A stretch of DNA of 48,764 bases from a virus (taxonomy: Duplodnaviria; Caudoviricetes). The stretch lies in IMG/VR virus record IMGVR_UViG_3300048854_000069, positions 1-48,764 of that record; one strand, written 5' to 3'. Within the stretch, counting starts at the first letter, position 1; each line of letters starts with the position of its first letter. Below the pieces are notes generated by a model, which was given only the letters and a program-made list of their open reading frames with translations, was not told where the DNA came from and searched no databases. Shown in pieces: positions 8,040 through 17,811 of this stretch. The translations under genes and the position numbers were made by a program.

Positions 8040-9403
8040 CAAGCAAACTCCCTTACAACAACGATCCCGTTTGTCCCAGCGCCGCCCGTCAGCGCTGCAG
8101 CTGAAGCACCTTGCGCTCGACCTGGCCCACCACTGCCAAAGCCCGTTGCTTGGGATCCGCTCGTGTTGTCCTGTTGACCACAACCGCCGACGCCAAACAT
8201 CGAATTTGCGCCGCTACCCGCTACTGCTCGAGCGCCTGCGATCGAATACGACCCGAGTGCTGCCTGACCGGCATAGTTGATGTCCCCGCCGGTTCCTGCT
8301 GCACCGCCAACCGTACCACCTTGAATCTGCGTTCCAGCCAGTGGAGCGGGAGCACCACCGCCAGCGCCGCCGGTTGTGCTGATCAACGCACCAAACGAAG
8401 ATGCCGTTCCGTTAAAACCAGTTACGCCGTTTCCGCCCAGTCCTCCGATTCCGGGTGTAACGCTTATCGGACCAGATGGGATAGAAGCGCCAACATATGT
8501 TTTGAATCCATAGCCACCGCCGCCCCCGCCAGGACTGGCAACGGCTTGGCCTGAACCAGTTGCTGGAGTTCCACCACCACCGCCCCCCGCAGCCTGAACT
8601 TGTACTTCAACACGTGTAGCGGCGGCCAAAGCTGTCCACGTGCTTTGCGCAGCGAATGCGCCACCATCAACGGAAGCTTGTATGTTCGTCGTGCTGCCCA
8701 CATTGATAAAGATCGTGGTGCGCAGCAAACGACCAGGTATTGGAGCCTGCAGTTGGGTAAGCAATGGGTTCGATAGAAACGGCGCACCACTGTATTGCGA
8801 GATGTTGGCGCTCGTAATACTGGTGGCGCCAAATGGGACGGAGATGACCCAAAGCCCGTTGAAACCCGCATCTGGTGTAGGCGTAACCTGCGAGCCACTC
8901 GTAGCGGCCACACCAGCTTTTAGTTGCAACTGGACAGTGTTGTCGCGATACGTGGTATTCGACGTTCCCGTGCCATTCGGACCGCTATATGCCTGAGCGG
9001 GATTGGTGGCGTTGTAATACGGGAGAACAACAGAGCCCGCATCGACTTCCTGAAATGCACCTTCGATCAGGTAGTTAATCGAGAACCCAGCAGTTGTAGG
9101 AGCCGGGCAAGCAAAGTTCACAGCATCCAGCTGAATGCCTTGCTTCACGATCTGATGAGCGTCTGCTGGAAGCGAAGAATACGCCCCGGTATCGGTTGCC
9201 TGATACGAATAAGCACGTCCCGGGTTGACGTTCACCGTCATGCCGGCCGGAGAAGTCGGAACGCAACCCAGACCAGAAAATAACGTCGACGTGCCGATCA
9301 TGTCTTGCAAAAGATGACCGATAGCGATCATCACATTCTTGTTCGTGCTGAGAATGTCAGTTTCGAGCGGGATTTGCCCCGGATAAACGGTTTGGCGACG
9401 CAT
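8039..9403 (-). CDS. Tail fibre protein with Gly-rich C-terminal domain
   Basis: Sits between the baseplate wedge gene and tfa; GGGGGG/GAGG repeats; C-terminal GIVVVREFA. Confidence 0.8.
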   Translation of the reverse strand: MRRQTVYPGQIPLETDILSTNKNVMIAIGHLLQDMIGTSTLFSGLGCVPTSPAGMTVNVNPGRAYSYQATDTGAYSSLPADAHQIVKQGIQLDAVNFACPAPTTAGFSINYLIEGAFQEVDAGSVVLPYYNATNPAQAYSGPNGTGTSNTTYRDNTVQLQLKAGVAATSGSQVTPTPDAGFNGLWVISVPFGATSITSANISQYSGAPFLSNPLLTQLQAPIPGRLLRTTIFINVGSTTNIQASVDGGAFAAQSTWTALAAATRVEVQVQAAGGGGGGTPATGSGQAVASPGGGGGGYGFKTYVGASIPSGPISVTPGIGGLGGNGVTGFNGTASSFGALISTTGGAGGGAPAPLAGTQIQGGTVGGAAGTGGDINYAGQAALGSYSIAGARAVAGSGANSMFGVGGCGQQDNTSGSQATGFGSGGPGRAQGASAAALTGGAGTNGIVVVREFA

Positions 9404-9422
9404 GGATTGGCTTCCAGAAAAG

Positions 9423-9445
9423 AAAAAACCCGCGCGCGGCGGGCT
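9423..9445 (-). terminator. Terminator-like hairpin upstream of the tail fibre
   Basis: GCCCGC-CGCGC-GCGGGT followed by a T-run. Confidence 0.6.
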
Positions 9446-9466
9446 GAATGTTTCGAAGGTGCTGCT

Positions 9467-10894
9467 TTAGCTGCTGATTCGCATCCATGCGATCGTCCCG
9501 ACTGGAATGACCGATGCCACCGCGGCATAGATGTCTGCATCCGAGACCGATGTTTGCACCATGTTTAGACTTGCATACTCACCGCGCGACGGAGTGCTGT
9601 AGCCTGATGGTGAAGACCCATAGCCAGCGACATACGGAATACCTGTTCCGATCGGGCGATACGCCGTCACGAATGCCTGGTACTGGTGAACCAGTGAACC
9701 GTACGCGCCCGCAACGCCATAGCCGCCGAGGTAGCCATACTTTGGCGCGACCGAAAAAGTCTTCGTGACACCATCGCCGACTGAGAAGTTGGCATTTGTG
9801 ACGGTGACATTCGCGCCTTTCTGCGTACTTGCATAGGTGCCAGACCACGACAGCGCAGCGCCAATAAGCGGAGCTGCCAAAAAGATGATCGAACCAGCAG
9901 CCGTGTACGAAAAATCTGTTGCTGTCGCTGGTCCTGTCGTTGTCGGAATGTACGACGTCACCGCATTTTGCTCAGCCTGCATTCCAAACAACGACAGCGT
10001 TCCGGGCCGATCGAGCGGCAAGATGGCAATTGAATCACCAGCCATTCCGCTAGGCTCGGTGAAAAGCATCGAGCACCGGTACCAGCCGTTCGGAAGCGGC
10101 TGTATTGCGGCGCTCGCACCGCCTGAAGTGCCAACAATTGCACCCGTGAACAGGTTGAACGTGGCGACCGCAGGTGGGCTAAGCTTGTCGTTAGTCAACT
10201 GGAACTGTGCGCCAACCGTGCCGGCCTTTGCAAAGATCGAATACGCCTGCGGCCCGACTGCGTTGTTCAGCAAGTAATACAGATTCCCGCCGGTGCTGGC
10301 CGTGAATGTGATCAGAGAGGCATTGTTCGATCCATCAGGCGCCGTGCCGGAGGTTGGCGTGATTGTTGTACCGAGATACAGCGAGAAGTTGTTGATCGAA
10401 GCCGCGTTGTTCGTCCGCGGTGTCGAATACAGTTGCTGCAGCCCCTGCCAATCGCTGCGAAATACCTGCGGCGTTCCAATAATCGTTATCGCATCAGTTC
10501 CGCCGTACCCGCCAGTGTCAGCGGCCCGCTTCGGCTCAATGATGACCGGCGCGCGGCCCGTCAGATCGATCAACACCTTCGTCACCGCCGCACGCGTCGC
10601 GCGCTCGCGGAACATGTTGATGATGATGCGGTTCAGAAACGACGTGTCGGTTTCGTTCGTCCTGCGTTGCAGGTTGGATCCGAAAAAGTCCGCTGCGATC
10701 ATGTCAAGCCAGCCGCCCGACGCCGTCTTGATCCGCGTCTGCAACTTGGCAAATACGATCAACGAATAAACGAACGCCAGCCCATGCGCGAAGCCTTGCA
10801 TCAGCGCGTCGACGAATGGCGGTGAATCGCCGAACCATCCTGGCGGCAAATAGCCGGTGAGCCGCTTATAAATGTCCTGCTGATCGCCGGTCAT
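9467..10894 (-). CDS. Baseplate wedge protein (gpI-like) with a probable inserted beta-rich domain
   Basis: WLDMIAADFFG...RR..ETD..F..RI motif; follows the gpJ-like gene. Confidence 0.75.
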   Translation of the reverse strand: MTGDQQDIYKRLTGYLPPGWFGDSPPFVDALMQGFAHGLAFVYSLIVFAKLQTRIKTASGGWLDMIAADFFGSNLQRRTNETDTSFLNRIIINMFRERATRAAVTKVLIDLTGRAPVIIEPKRAADTGGYGGTDAITIIGTPQVFRSDWQGLQQLYSTPRTNNAASINNFSLYLGTTITPTSGTAPDGSNNASLITFTASTGGNLYYLLNNAVGPQAYSIFAKAGTVGAQFQLTNDKLSPPAVATFNLFTGAIVGTSGGASAAIQPLPNGWYRCSMLFTEPSGMAGDSIAILPLDRPGTLSLFGMQAEQNAVTSYIPTTTGPATATDFSYTAAGSIIFLAAPLIGAALSWSGTYASTQKGANVTVTNANFSVGDGVTKTFSVAPKYGYLGGYGVAGAYGSLVHQYQAFVTAYRPIGTGIPYVAGYGSSPSGYSTPSRGEYASLNMVQTSVSDADIYAAVASVIPVGTIAWMRISS

Positions 10895-11625
10895 GTCTGC
10901 CTTATCGCATATCTGGATTTTGCTGCAATCGACAAACGAAGGCGATGCTCGTCAGTCAATGTTCGGCCTTTCAGTTTTTCGGAAACCGCTCGGTTGACTT
11001 CTGCCGACCGCGATCTCCCGCTGTTCGCTTCGCTCAACTTCCTAGCGTGCTCGGAACTTCTAGGTGGCTTCTTCTTGCCCTTGATCGCTGCCGAAATCTT
11101 CTCCCGGGTTTCTTGCGGGATCGTGAATCCGGTTTTGTAGGTGTCTGGCTTCTTTCTCACGTACCCAGCTTGCTGTTTTGCAAGTTTGGTAGCAAGCATC
11201 TTTGCGACGACTTCGGGAGGGCGCTTGCGACCTTTTAGAGGGTTGGCGCTATTCTTGAAACGCTCCTGCTGTGCGGCTCTCATACGTAGAATCGAAGCCA
11301 TCTCATGGGGGCGCCGTGTTCTGCCGTAACCTCCTTCGAGATGATTAGTCAGCCTGCATCCGATAAACCGGAAGTAAGCAATCCAGAATTGCTCCGACTC
11401 CTCCCAATCGCTTGTCACCGAATCGATAACGAAGGCTTCGGGCCGCAGCCCATCGGACAATAAACCGCAAATCCATCTTGCCGACATCGTGTGCGTTTTC
11501 TTTGCTGCGTTCACATGCACCGCAATTCGATTTGAAAGGGCCATCGTCGTTTTCCCAACGTAGCGAACGAAGCCGTCCCTTGGGTCGATCAGCCCATAGA
11601 TCGTGGTAACCTTGGCGTCAGCCAT
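10891..11625 (-). CDS. Free-standing GIY-YIG homing endonuclease with NUMOD3-type repeats
   Basis: TIYGLIDPRDGFVRYVGKT; basic repeats (ETREKISAAIKGK, EHARKLSEANSG); GAGGT RBS before ATG 11625. Confidence 0.85.
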   Translation of the reverse strand: MADAKVTTIYGLIDPRDGFVRYVGKTTMALSNRIAVHVNAAKKTHTMSARWICGLLSDGLRPEAFVIDSVTSDWEESEQFWIAYFRFIGCRLTNHLEGGYGRTRRPHEMASILRMRAAQQERFKNSANPLKGRKRPPEVVAKMLATKLAKQQAGYVRKKPDTYKTGFTIPQETREKISAAIKGKKKPPRSSEHARKLSEANSGRSRSAEVNRAVSEKLKGRTLTDEHRLRLSIAAKSRYAIRQT

Positions 11626-11653
11626 GCCACTTACCTCTGCATAGGTATAGGTT

Positions 11654-11705
11654 TGGTTAGAAGCCCCGATCGTGTTGATAGCACGCCGGGGCTTCGTCAA
11701 TTATA
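11654..11705 (-). promoter_or_regulatory. TATAAT box plus conserved hairpin leader of the GIY-YIG gene
   Basis: Minus strand TATAAT-TGAC-GAAGCCCCG...CGGGGCTTC-TAACCA; near-identical to 21843-21887. Confidence 0.7.
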
Positions 11706-11709
11706 AGGT

Positions 11710-12834
11710 CTACGAGACAGTTACTGTTCCTGCCTTCACGACCTGCTGAGACGTTGCCGCAATATCGGACGTGCCGCCGTTCAATGTCACGCCGGTCACG
11801 TTCGTCACGCCGGGCGATGCGTCGTATGCCACTTGCGACAAACGCGAATAGGCCAGCGACGTGCCGAGCGGCAGCGTATTGATGTAGGACTGCAGCGCGG
11901 CCTGAACAACTGCCGCGACCGCACTGTGCGTGTAGCCGGCTGCCGTGACGATCGTCATCACAACATTCGCGGTAACTACAGTCGGCGCAAACACGTCAAA
12001 CGTCACCGTCAACGGACGGACAGCATCGATCGCGTTGTAGACCGTCGAAAGCAGCGTCGATGAAGGCGCGCCGGTGCCGTCGTCGACCACCACGAAGAAA
12101 TAGCCGGGCTGATACACGCCTGCACGCGTCTGGTTTTCCGTCAGGGTGTAAGTCAGACCCTGCTGAAGCGACGTGATGGCATACGCTACCGCGGCCTTCG
12201 TTGCCTTTGACAAGCTCTGCACGTATGAAACGAAGCGCACGCGCAGCGCGCCGTCCGTTTCCGCATTCGCGCCGTTGGCAAGCGCCGCCGCGTTTGCGAC
12301 TGTATCGACGCCCGGAACCGCCTGAGCGAGCGTGCTAATCGCTCCGCTAACGACATTCGCGGCTGATCCGGCGACTGTCGCAGTAACGCTGACCGTGACA
12401 CTCAACGAGCCGGCCGCAATGACGTAACCGCCCAGCGACGCGCTGTAGGCGGGATTTGTCGTGTCGAGATTAACGGTGAATTGCTGTGTGCCGTCAGCTG
12501 TTTGCACAACCGCGCCCACCGGAACGACCGCTTGCTGCGTCGGCGTGAACCGAGAAAACGTGACTAGACCCGTCGCGTAGGTCGCGGCGAGCCGCGTCAA
12601 GCCGAAATCGGCAACCCACGAATCCAAGTCCGCACCGCTGGATGTTGCGGCGCGCGTCGTGGCGAGCAGCGCGAGGATCAAGCCCTGCAACCACATAACG
12701 ACAGCGCTGACCGACTCAAGTGACGCGCGCAGGATCGAGCCGATGGTCAAATCGACAAGCGCAGTCGCGTAGCCCTGCACGTTCGACACCATCTCCTGCA
12801 CAAGCGTCGAGAAGTCTTTTGTCGTCAGAGCCAT
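11710..12834 (-). CDS. Baseplate J-like protein
   Basis: GADLD..VADFGLTR..A..ATG.VTFSR and G.N.ETD..LR.R motifs. Confidence 0.9.
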   Translation of the reverse strand: MALTTKDFSTLVQEMVSNVQGYATALVDLTIGSILRASLESVSAVVMWLQGLILALLATTRAATSSGADLDSWVADFGLTRLAATYATGLVTFSRFTPTQQAVVPVGAVVQTADGTQQFTVNLDTTNPAYSASLGGYVIAAGSLSVTVSVTATVAGSAANVVSGAISTLAQAVPGVDTVANAAALANGANAETDGALRVRFVSYVQSLSKATKAAVAYAITSLQQGLTYTLTENQTRAGVYQPGYFFVVVDDGTGAPSSTLLSTVYNAIDAVRPLTVTFDVFAPTVVTANVVMTIVTAAGYTHSAVAAVVQAALQSYINTLPLGTSLAYSRLSQVAYDASPGVTNVTGVTLNGGTSDIAATSQQVVKAGTVTVS

Positions 12835-12838
12835 GTGT

Positions 12839-13222
12839 CTACTTATTCACGTCGAAGCTGAGAAGCACCGGCGCGCGGGTTTGCGCGTCGGTGTACTGGA
12901 TTTGAATCCGCATGGCGCCATTGCCGATCGGCGTGACCGAAATTGCTGGCTTCGGGCTCGTCGCGACGGCCGCTTCGAGGGCCACCTGAGATTGGACGAT
13001 TGCCCTGATCTCAGCCGGCGAAGCGTTCGATCCGATCTTCCCCGGAAGACCGCCGCCGTAATCCGGGTGAAATATGTAATCGCCCGGGTTTGTGCAAAGG
13101 CGCCGCACGATGCGCTGCTGCGTTCGCACGGTACCGCTCACTTGCTGGAAATCCCCGGTCGGGCCAAGCCCTACGTCGCTCCCGTACCACTGGAAGATGT
13201 CGGTCAGGAGTTGCTGAGCCAT
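12839..13222 (-). CDS. Baseplate wedge / sheath initiator (gpW/gp25-like)
   Basis: RRL.TNPGDYIFHPDYGGG motif; position upstream of gpJ. Confidence 0.75.
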   Translation of the reverse strand: MAQQLLTDIFQWYGSDVGLGPTGDFQQVSGTVRTQQRIVRRLCTNPGDYIFHPDYGGGLPGKIGSNASPAEIRAIVQSQVALEAAVATSPKPAISVTPIGNGAMRIQIQYTDAQTRAPVLLSFDVNK

Positions 13223-13225
13223 GCT

Positions 13226-13834
13226 TTATTCCTGTTGCGTGGGCGCATTTGTCGTCGCCGTAGACGATCCGCCTTGGACATTCGGAACCGGGTGGGTGTG
13301 TCCGTCGTAAATAGCGCGCATCTGGGCCATCGTGCGGGTCTGTGTGACCGTGTTGTCTTGAATGTCCGCTTGACTGGTTATTCCCAACGTCACGTTCAGC
13401 GACTTGTCGATCTGCACCGGACTGCCGGTGAAGTGGTGCCCGCTCGCGGCGTAGTATTCAATCGTCCCGTCGTTGTGCATCTTTAGGAACGATCCCGACT
13501 TCTGCACCGTCCATAGCTCGCCGCTCGGTACCGGTGGCGGCCGGTCGGAATCGCTGAAGATGAACCCGGTCACCTGAGCCGATTCGACATCGCCGTCGGC
13601 AAAGTCAACGACGGCTTGGTCGCCGATCTGCGGACCGTATGCGACGCCGTACCCCTGCCCGATAGCGCCGGTCAATATCGGAATCCAACCGGTCATCGTG
13701 CCGCTCGGTTGAAGCGCGACTTTCACCGAGTAGGTGTTGGGGTCATAGCTCTTTACGATGCCGTGTAGCCGCGCCACGTGAGTCGCAGACTGGAGAGCCG
13801 CACGCATCGACATCGCGTTCAGAAGGTCTCTCAT
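13226..13834 (-). CDS. Baseplate spike (gpV-like)
   Basis: OB-fold-like N-terminus (GWIP...PQIGDQAVV); C-terminal HTH iron-binding motif (YDGHTHP). Confidence 0.85.
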   Translation of the reverse strand: MRDLLNAMSMRAALQSATHVARLHGIVKSYDPNTYSVKVALQPSGTMTGWIPILTGAIGQGYGVAYGPQIGDQAVVDFADGDVESAQVTGFIFSDSDRPPPVPSGELWTVQKSGSFLKMHNDGTIEYYAASGHHFTGSPVQIDKSLNVTLGITSQADIQDNTVTQTRTMAQMRAIYDGHTHPVPNVQGGSSTATTNAPTQQE

Positions 13835-14961
13835 GAACCGGATACCTGCAAATCAGGGTTGTGATTCTTCGCGCGCACCGTCATCGAATAGCCTTCGTCC
13901 AGACTAAATTCGCGCGACACCGCGTCGACATAGAACATCTGGTTGAAATTTCCCTCGAACCCGATTGTCTGAATCATCACTCGCGGCGTCAGCAGGTTGT
14001 CGCCCGGCAGTGACCCGTTCAGCTTCACTTCATGCCGGATGATCTCGTTGTAGAGCGCCATCGCGCGCGCAGTTGCTGCCTCTTGCGTCAGCGATGGGAT
14101 GTTGAACTCATACGTCTGGACGCCACCGAACGGGCTTGCTTTACCGGCCTGAATCGTTTTCGCTTTGCTCGGGTAGAACGCGTCGAAGCCTTTCTTCTGC
14201 TTGTGGTTCCAGCTATGCACGACGACCGTGATTCCCTTGGCCACCGTCAAGCTGCGACTGAACGTCAGGTTCTGGACATTCGATACTGCATACCCGACGT
14301 CTCCGGTCGGCGGCTGCCACTGAATGACATACGGGTTGTCGTTGCTGCGCGGATCTGGGCCGAAATACAGCGTATGACCCTTCGCATAGACGACATACCC
14401 TTCCTGACTGGCGAGCCACGTGATCAGGTCCCACTCGCTGCGCTGCGACTGCAGGCGCACGTGATCGATCTGGTAGTACTTTCCGACGATCTCTTCGGTC
14501 GCGGTGACTTGTGGCGTCAGACCATGCTTATTCGCCAGCAGCGTCGCAATGTCCGACGACTTCAGGTTGTTCCACTGATCCGTGATCTTCGTGTCGATTA
14601 GCGCGGCGGTTAGATCGCGCCCGGTCAAAACGAGCCGCGTGCGGTCTGGCGACCACTCGATGTCATCGATGCGACCGTAGATCAGGCTCTGCAGGTCGCC
14701 ATCCGTGTAATTGGCGGGATCGTCCGGAAAACCCGCGAAGATCTCGACGAAGCCTTCGGTCATCGTCGAGAAACCGGCAATGTCGAACGGCGCGGCAAGA
14801 AGCGATGCGGCGAAGCTGATGCGGAATGTGTCGGCCTGATAGAACGAGTTGTTCTCAACCGACCACTCGACCCACCCCTGCACGATCGTGTCGTTCACTT
14901 TCACGAGCGCGCGCGGGCGCCGCGCAACGGACTGCGCGGGAAGTGCGTTGATCGATGTCAT
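13831..14961 (-). CDS. Baseplate hub (gpD / Mu gp44-like)
   Basis: LTGRDLTA.LID motif, 376 aa, position upstream of the spike. Confidence 0.8.
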   Translation of the reverse strand: MTSINALPAQSVARRPRALVKVNDTIVQGWVEWSVENNSFYQADTFRISFAASLLAAPFDIAGFSTMTEGFVEIFAGFPDDPANYTDGDLQSLIYGRIDDIEWSPDRTRLVLTGRDLTAALIDTKITDQWNNLKSSDIATLLANKHGLTPQVTATEEIVGKYYQIDHVRLQSQRSEWDLITWLASQEGYVVYAKGHTLYFGPDPRSNDNPYVIQWQPPTGDVGYAVSNVQNLTFSRSLTVAKGITVVVHSWNHKQKKGFDAFYPSKAKTIQAGKASPFGGVQTYEFNIPSLTQEAATARAMALYNEIIRHEVKLNGSLPGDNLLTPRVMIQTIGFEGNFNQMFYVDAVSREFSLDEGYSMTVRAKNHNPDLQVSGS

Positions 14962-15927
14962 TTAGGCGTTCAGTACGCCGCCTGACGTGTCAGACGAAGG
15001 CGGCACGGTTATTGTGTTGATGCCGGTGAGTTGCGGATCGCCCTTGAGTTGCGGGTTCGCCTTTGCAATACCGGTCCACGCATTCGAATCGCCGTATTCC
15101 TTCGCGGCCATCTGCATCAGGTTGCCGCCACCGACCGTGACCTGCTTCGCGCTCGAGTAAAGCGATCCGACGTTCGCGCCAATCCGGCCGGTCACCCGGT
15201 CCAGATTCACCAGCAGCGGGATTTGCTCGGCGGCAGTGATCTGGTTCGTCAATTTCGAGATGTTTTGCGCCAGGCTGTTATTCGGCAAAATTCCGCCAAG
15301 AGTCGTGACGTTAATCAGCGTGTTGTTCGTCTGCGCGATCAGCGTTTGCACCTGTCCGCGAAACTGCTGTATCGGCTGAAGCACGCTGTTCAACTGGCTC
15401 TGCGCTGCTTTTGCAAAGTCGGACACGCCTGCTATTGCCGACTGCACCGTGCCGAACGCTGATGTCAGCGACGGGCTGCCAATCGAGGAAAGAAGCCCCG
15501 ATGCCGTGGTCATATCGCCATTGATCAACGAATTGACCGAGTCGGTCGACAAGCTCGACACCGGCGCCGTCAGGTCCTGCACGACTTCGCATTCGATCCG
15601 ATAAGGGATCTCGTAGAAGCGATCGAAGTTCGGCTGGAACCGCTTCACGACCACAAGATACGAGAATTCCGACCATGTGACGTTGGTCGCCGCGCCGGCG
15701 ATGCGCAATCCGTCGACATACCGCGCGCGCTGCAGCGCGGCCTGTCCACGGAAGCGGCCAGACCAGACCAGCGGCTCGGGAAATGCACCCATCGCGTCGA
15801 CCACGCGCGCACCGCCAATCAGATCATGCGTGGCAAGCCGCTGCTCGCCACCAAACGGAATCGACTCCGGCACCTCGAACTGAGCGAAGGTAATCGCTCC
15901 GAGGGTGAGGTACACGTCTGGAGTCAT
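14962..15927 (-). CDS. Tail tube initiator/baseplate protein with C-terminal LysM-like segment
   Basis: EVPESIPFGGEQ N-terminus; NLMQMAAKEYGD..AW..IAKAN C-terminus. Confidence 0.7.
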   Translation of the reverse strand: MTPDVYLTLGAITFAQFEVPESIPFGGEQRLATHDLIGGARVVDAMGAFPEPLVWSGRFRGQAALQRARYVDGLRIAGAATNVTWSEFSYLVVVKRFQPNFDRFYEIPYRIECEVVQDLTAPVSSLSTDSVNSLINGDMTTASGLLSSIGSPSLTSAFGTVQSAIAGVSDFAKAAQSQLNSVLQPIQQFRGQVQTLIAQTNNTLINVTTLGGILPNNSLAQNISKLTNQITAAEQIPLLVNLDRVTGRIGANVGSLYSSAKQVTVGGGNLMQMAAKEYGDSNAWTGIAKANPQLKGDPQLTGINTITVPPSSDTSGGVLNA

Positions 15928-15930
15928 GCT

Positions 15931-17811
15931 TTATCTCATTCCCATTGGCCGAAGATTCATTGAGCCGTCAAATGTGCCAGGCATGTTTTGCGGCCGCGTC
16001 GCTTCAATGCCGATGTACTTGGCGACGTGTTTTCCGACCTTTTCACCGTTCAGGTAGACATCACCCGTTGGGCTGGTATCGACACCGCGCTTGGACGGGA
16101 TATATCGGCTGCCCGCCTCACCCGCATCAACGCGCCGCTGCGCATCAGGCGTGAGCTTTACACCACCGTCAGTTTTGGCAGCATTGATCTCGCGCTGCGT
16201 CAGCGGACTGAACGCATAGGCGGCCGCCGCCAAAGTGCCAAGCGCCAACACCGCAATGCCGATCGGGTTCGACAAGCCTGACAATGCGCCCGTCAATCCT
16301 TGGCCGGCTCCCAGCGAACCAGCCAGCCGAGCGATACCGGCAGCGCCGCCAGCCGCTTGCATTGAGAGAGCCAATCCGAAGCCGCGCAACGCCGCACTCA
16401 GCAGCAACCCACCGCCGCGAAGGCCGAGCCCCGCAGAAACGAACATCAGCGAATACGCGAGCGCACGAAAAGCACCCGGATACTTCTCGACAGTCTGCGA
16501 CAGCGAATCGAGGCCGCCTGCCAGTTTCAACAATCCGGTCGTGATCACCGGCAAATAGACCGAGCCGAAAACTGCAAGGAAGTTCTTCCAGGCGGCGTCG
16601 GCCGCAATCTCCGCGCCTTCCGGTGACTTGATGTATTGCTGATATGCCGAGTCAACGCCTTTAGCGTTACCAAAAATCTTCGCGTCTTTCTCGTACTTGT
16701 GCTGGCTGGTGATGAACGAGCCGATGAAATCGGCCGTGTTGCGGTTGAAGTTCCGCATCACAATGCCCGCCACTTGCTCGTCGGTCAGGTCCATGCCGAA
16801 ACGTTGCCGGATGCGCGGCGCGATGACCTTCTGGATAAACTCGTCTGGCCGGCTTGACGCCATTTCGAGATATTCAGGTGCTAAGCCGCCAACCATCGGC
16901 GTCAGCATATGCATCTTCTTCAGCGGGCCAGCGATCGACGGATCTTTCGCGATCGCGTCGTTGATCGCTTTTTGCATCAGCTTCGTCTGCGGGCTGACCG
17001 ACATGTCCCAAAGACCGAGGCTCGTCATGAAACCCTTGCCTTTGTTGTCCATGTGGCCGCCGAGCAGGCTACTCACATAGGTCATCGCCGCTGTACCGGC
17101 CGTCGGGCCAGTCTTGGCCTGCATGAATGCCGCAAACTGCCCGAAAAGGAACTTCGGGTCGAACATCGTGTACGCCAGCTTGCCCGTCTGTGAAGCGTGG
17201 AAATAGTCGTTCGGGCCGACCTTACCGCCCGATCCGAAATACACCTGCGACATCAAGTCGAGCTCGCGGCGCATCTCCGCAGGATTCTGTGCGACTCGAT
17301 CGCCGCGGTGCTCAAGCGCCTTCACCGAGTTGTAGACGAGGCCTTCAACCGGCTTGCCGTCGTTCTGAACCCGGGCAGCGACAGAAAACTTCTGGAACTG
17401 CTCGCTCATGCGCAGCGCGCCGGGCAGATCGCCGACCGCAGTATGCAGGTCGCGAATCAGCGCGATATTCTCACCGATCGTCGAGCCAAGATTCTTGTGC
17501 GCGAGTGTTTGCGCCTGCGCGAATGCCAATGCGTTGTCCGACGCGGAGAGATTCAACGCGGCAAACTTTTGCTGCTCCTGAGCAAGCTTTTTCGCTTCTT
17601 CGTATGGCGCTTTCAGCACGCCGGCAATCCCGGCGCTCAATCCGAGCATCAAGCCACCTTTAAGTGCTTGATTTTTTATGCTATCAATACGTTTTTGGAG
17701 GCGTGCTGCTTGCTCCTCCGTCCGCATGAAATCCTTCGACAGCGACGCCAAACCCAAACTGGCATGGTTGATCAGGCTTAAGCGGATCCCGATCTTATAG
17801 GCTTCAAACAT
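15931..17811 (-). CDS. Tape measure protein
   Basis: 626 aa, Ala/Gly-rich and helical with hydrophobic stretches; downstream of the chaperone genes. Confidence 0.8.
   Translation of the reverse strand: MFEAYKIGIRLSLINHASLGLASLSKDFMRTEEQAARLQKRIDSIKNQALKGGLMLGLSAGIAGVLKAPYEEAKKLAQEQQKFAALNLSASDNALAFAQAQTLAHKNLGSTIGENIALIRDLHTAVGDLPGALRMSEQFQKFSVAARVQNDGKPVEGLVYNSVKALEHRGDRVAQNPAEMRRELDLMSQVYFGSGGKVGPNDYFHASQTGKLAYTMFDPKFLFGQFAAFMQAKTGPTAGTAAMTYVSSLLGGHMDNKGKGFMTSLGLWDMSVSPQTKLMQKAINDAIAKDPSIAGPLKKMHMLTPMVGGLAPEYLEMASSRPDEFIQKVIAPRIRQRFGMDLTDEQVAGIVMRNFNRNTADFIGSFITSQHKYEKDAKIFGNAKGVDSAYQQYIKSPEGAEIAADAAWKNFLAVFGSVYLPVITTGLLKLAGGLDSLSQTVEKYPGAFRALAYSLMFVSAGLGLRGGGLLLSAALRGFGLALSMQAAGGAAGIARLAGSLGAGQGLTGALSGLSNPIGIAVLALGTLAAAAYAFSPLTQREINAAKTDGGVKLTPDAQRRVDAGEAGSRYIPSKRGVDTSPTGDVYLNGEKVGKHVAKYIGIEATRPQNMPGTFDGSMNLRPMGMR

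Noticed and set aside
10891-11700. Endonucleases as group I intron or intein cargo
   Set aside because: Flanking genes (gpJ, wedge, MCP, sheath) are intact with their own starts and stops; no intron core or intein motifs seen. The ORF-track start at 11700 runs through the leader hairpin, and 11625 has the RBS.
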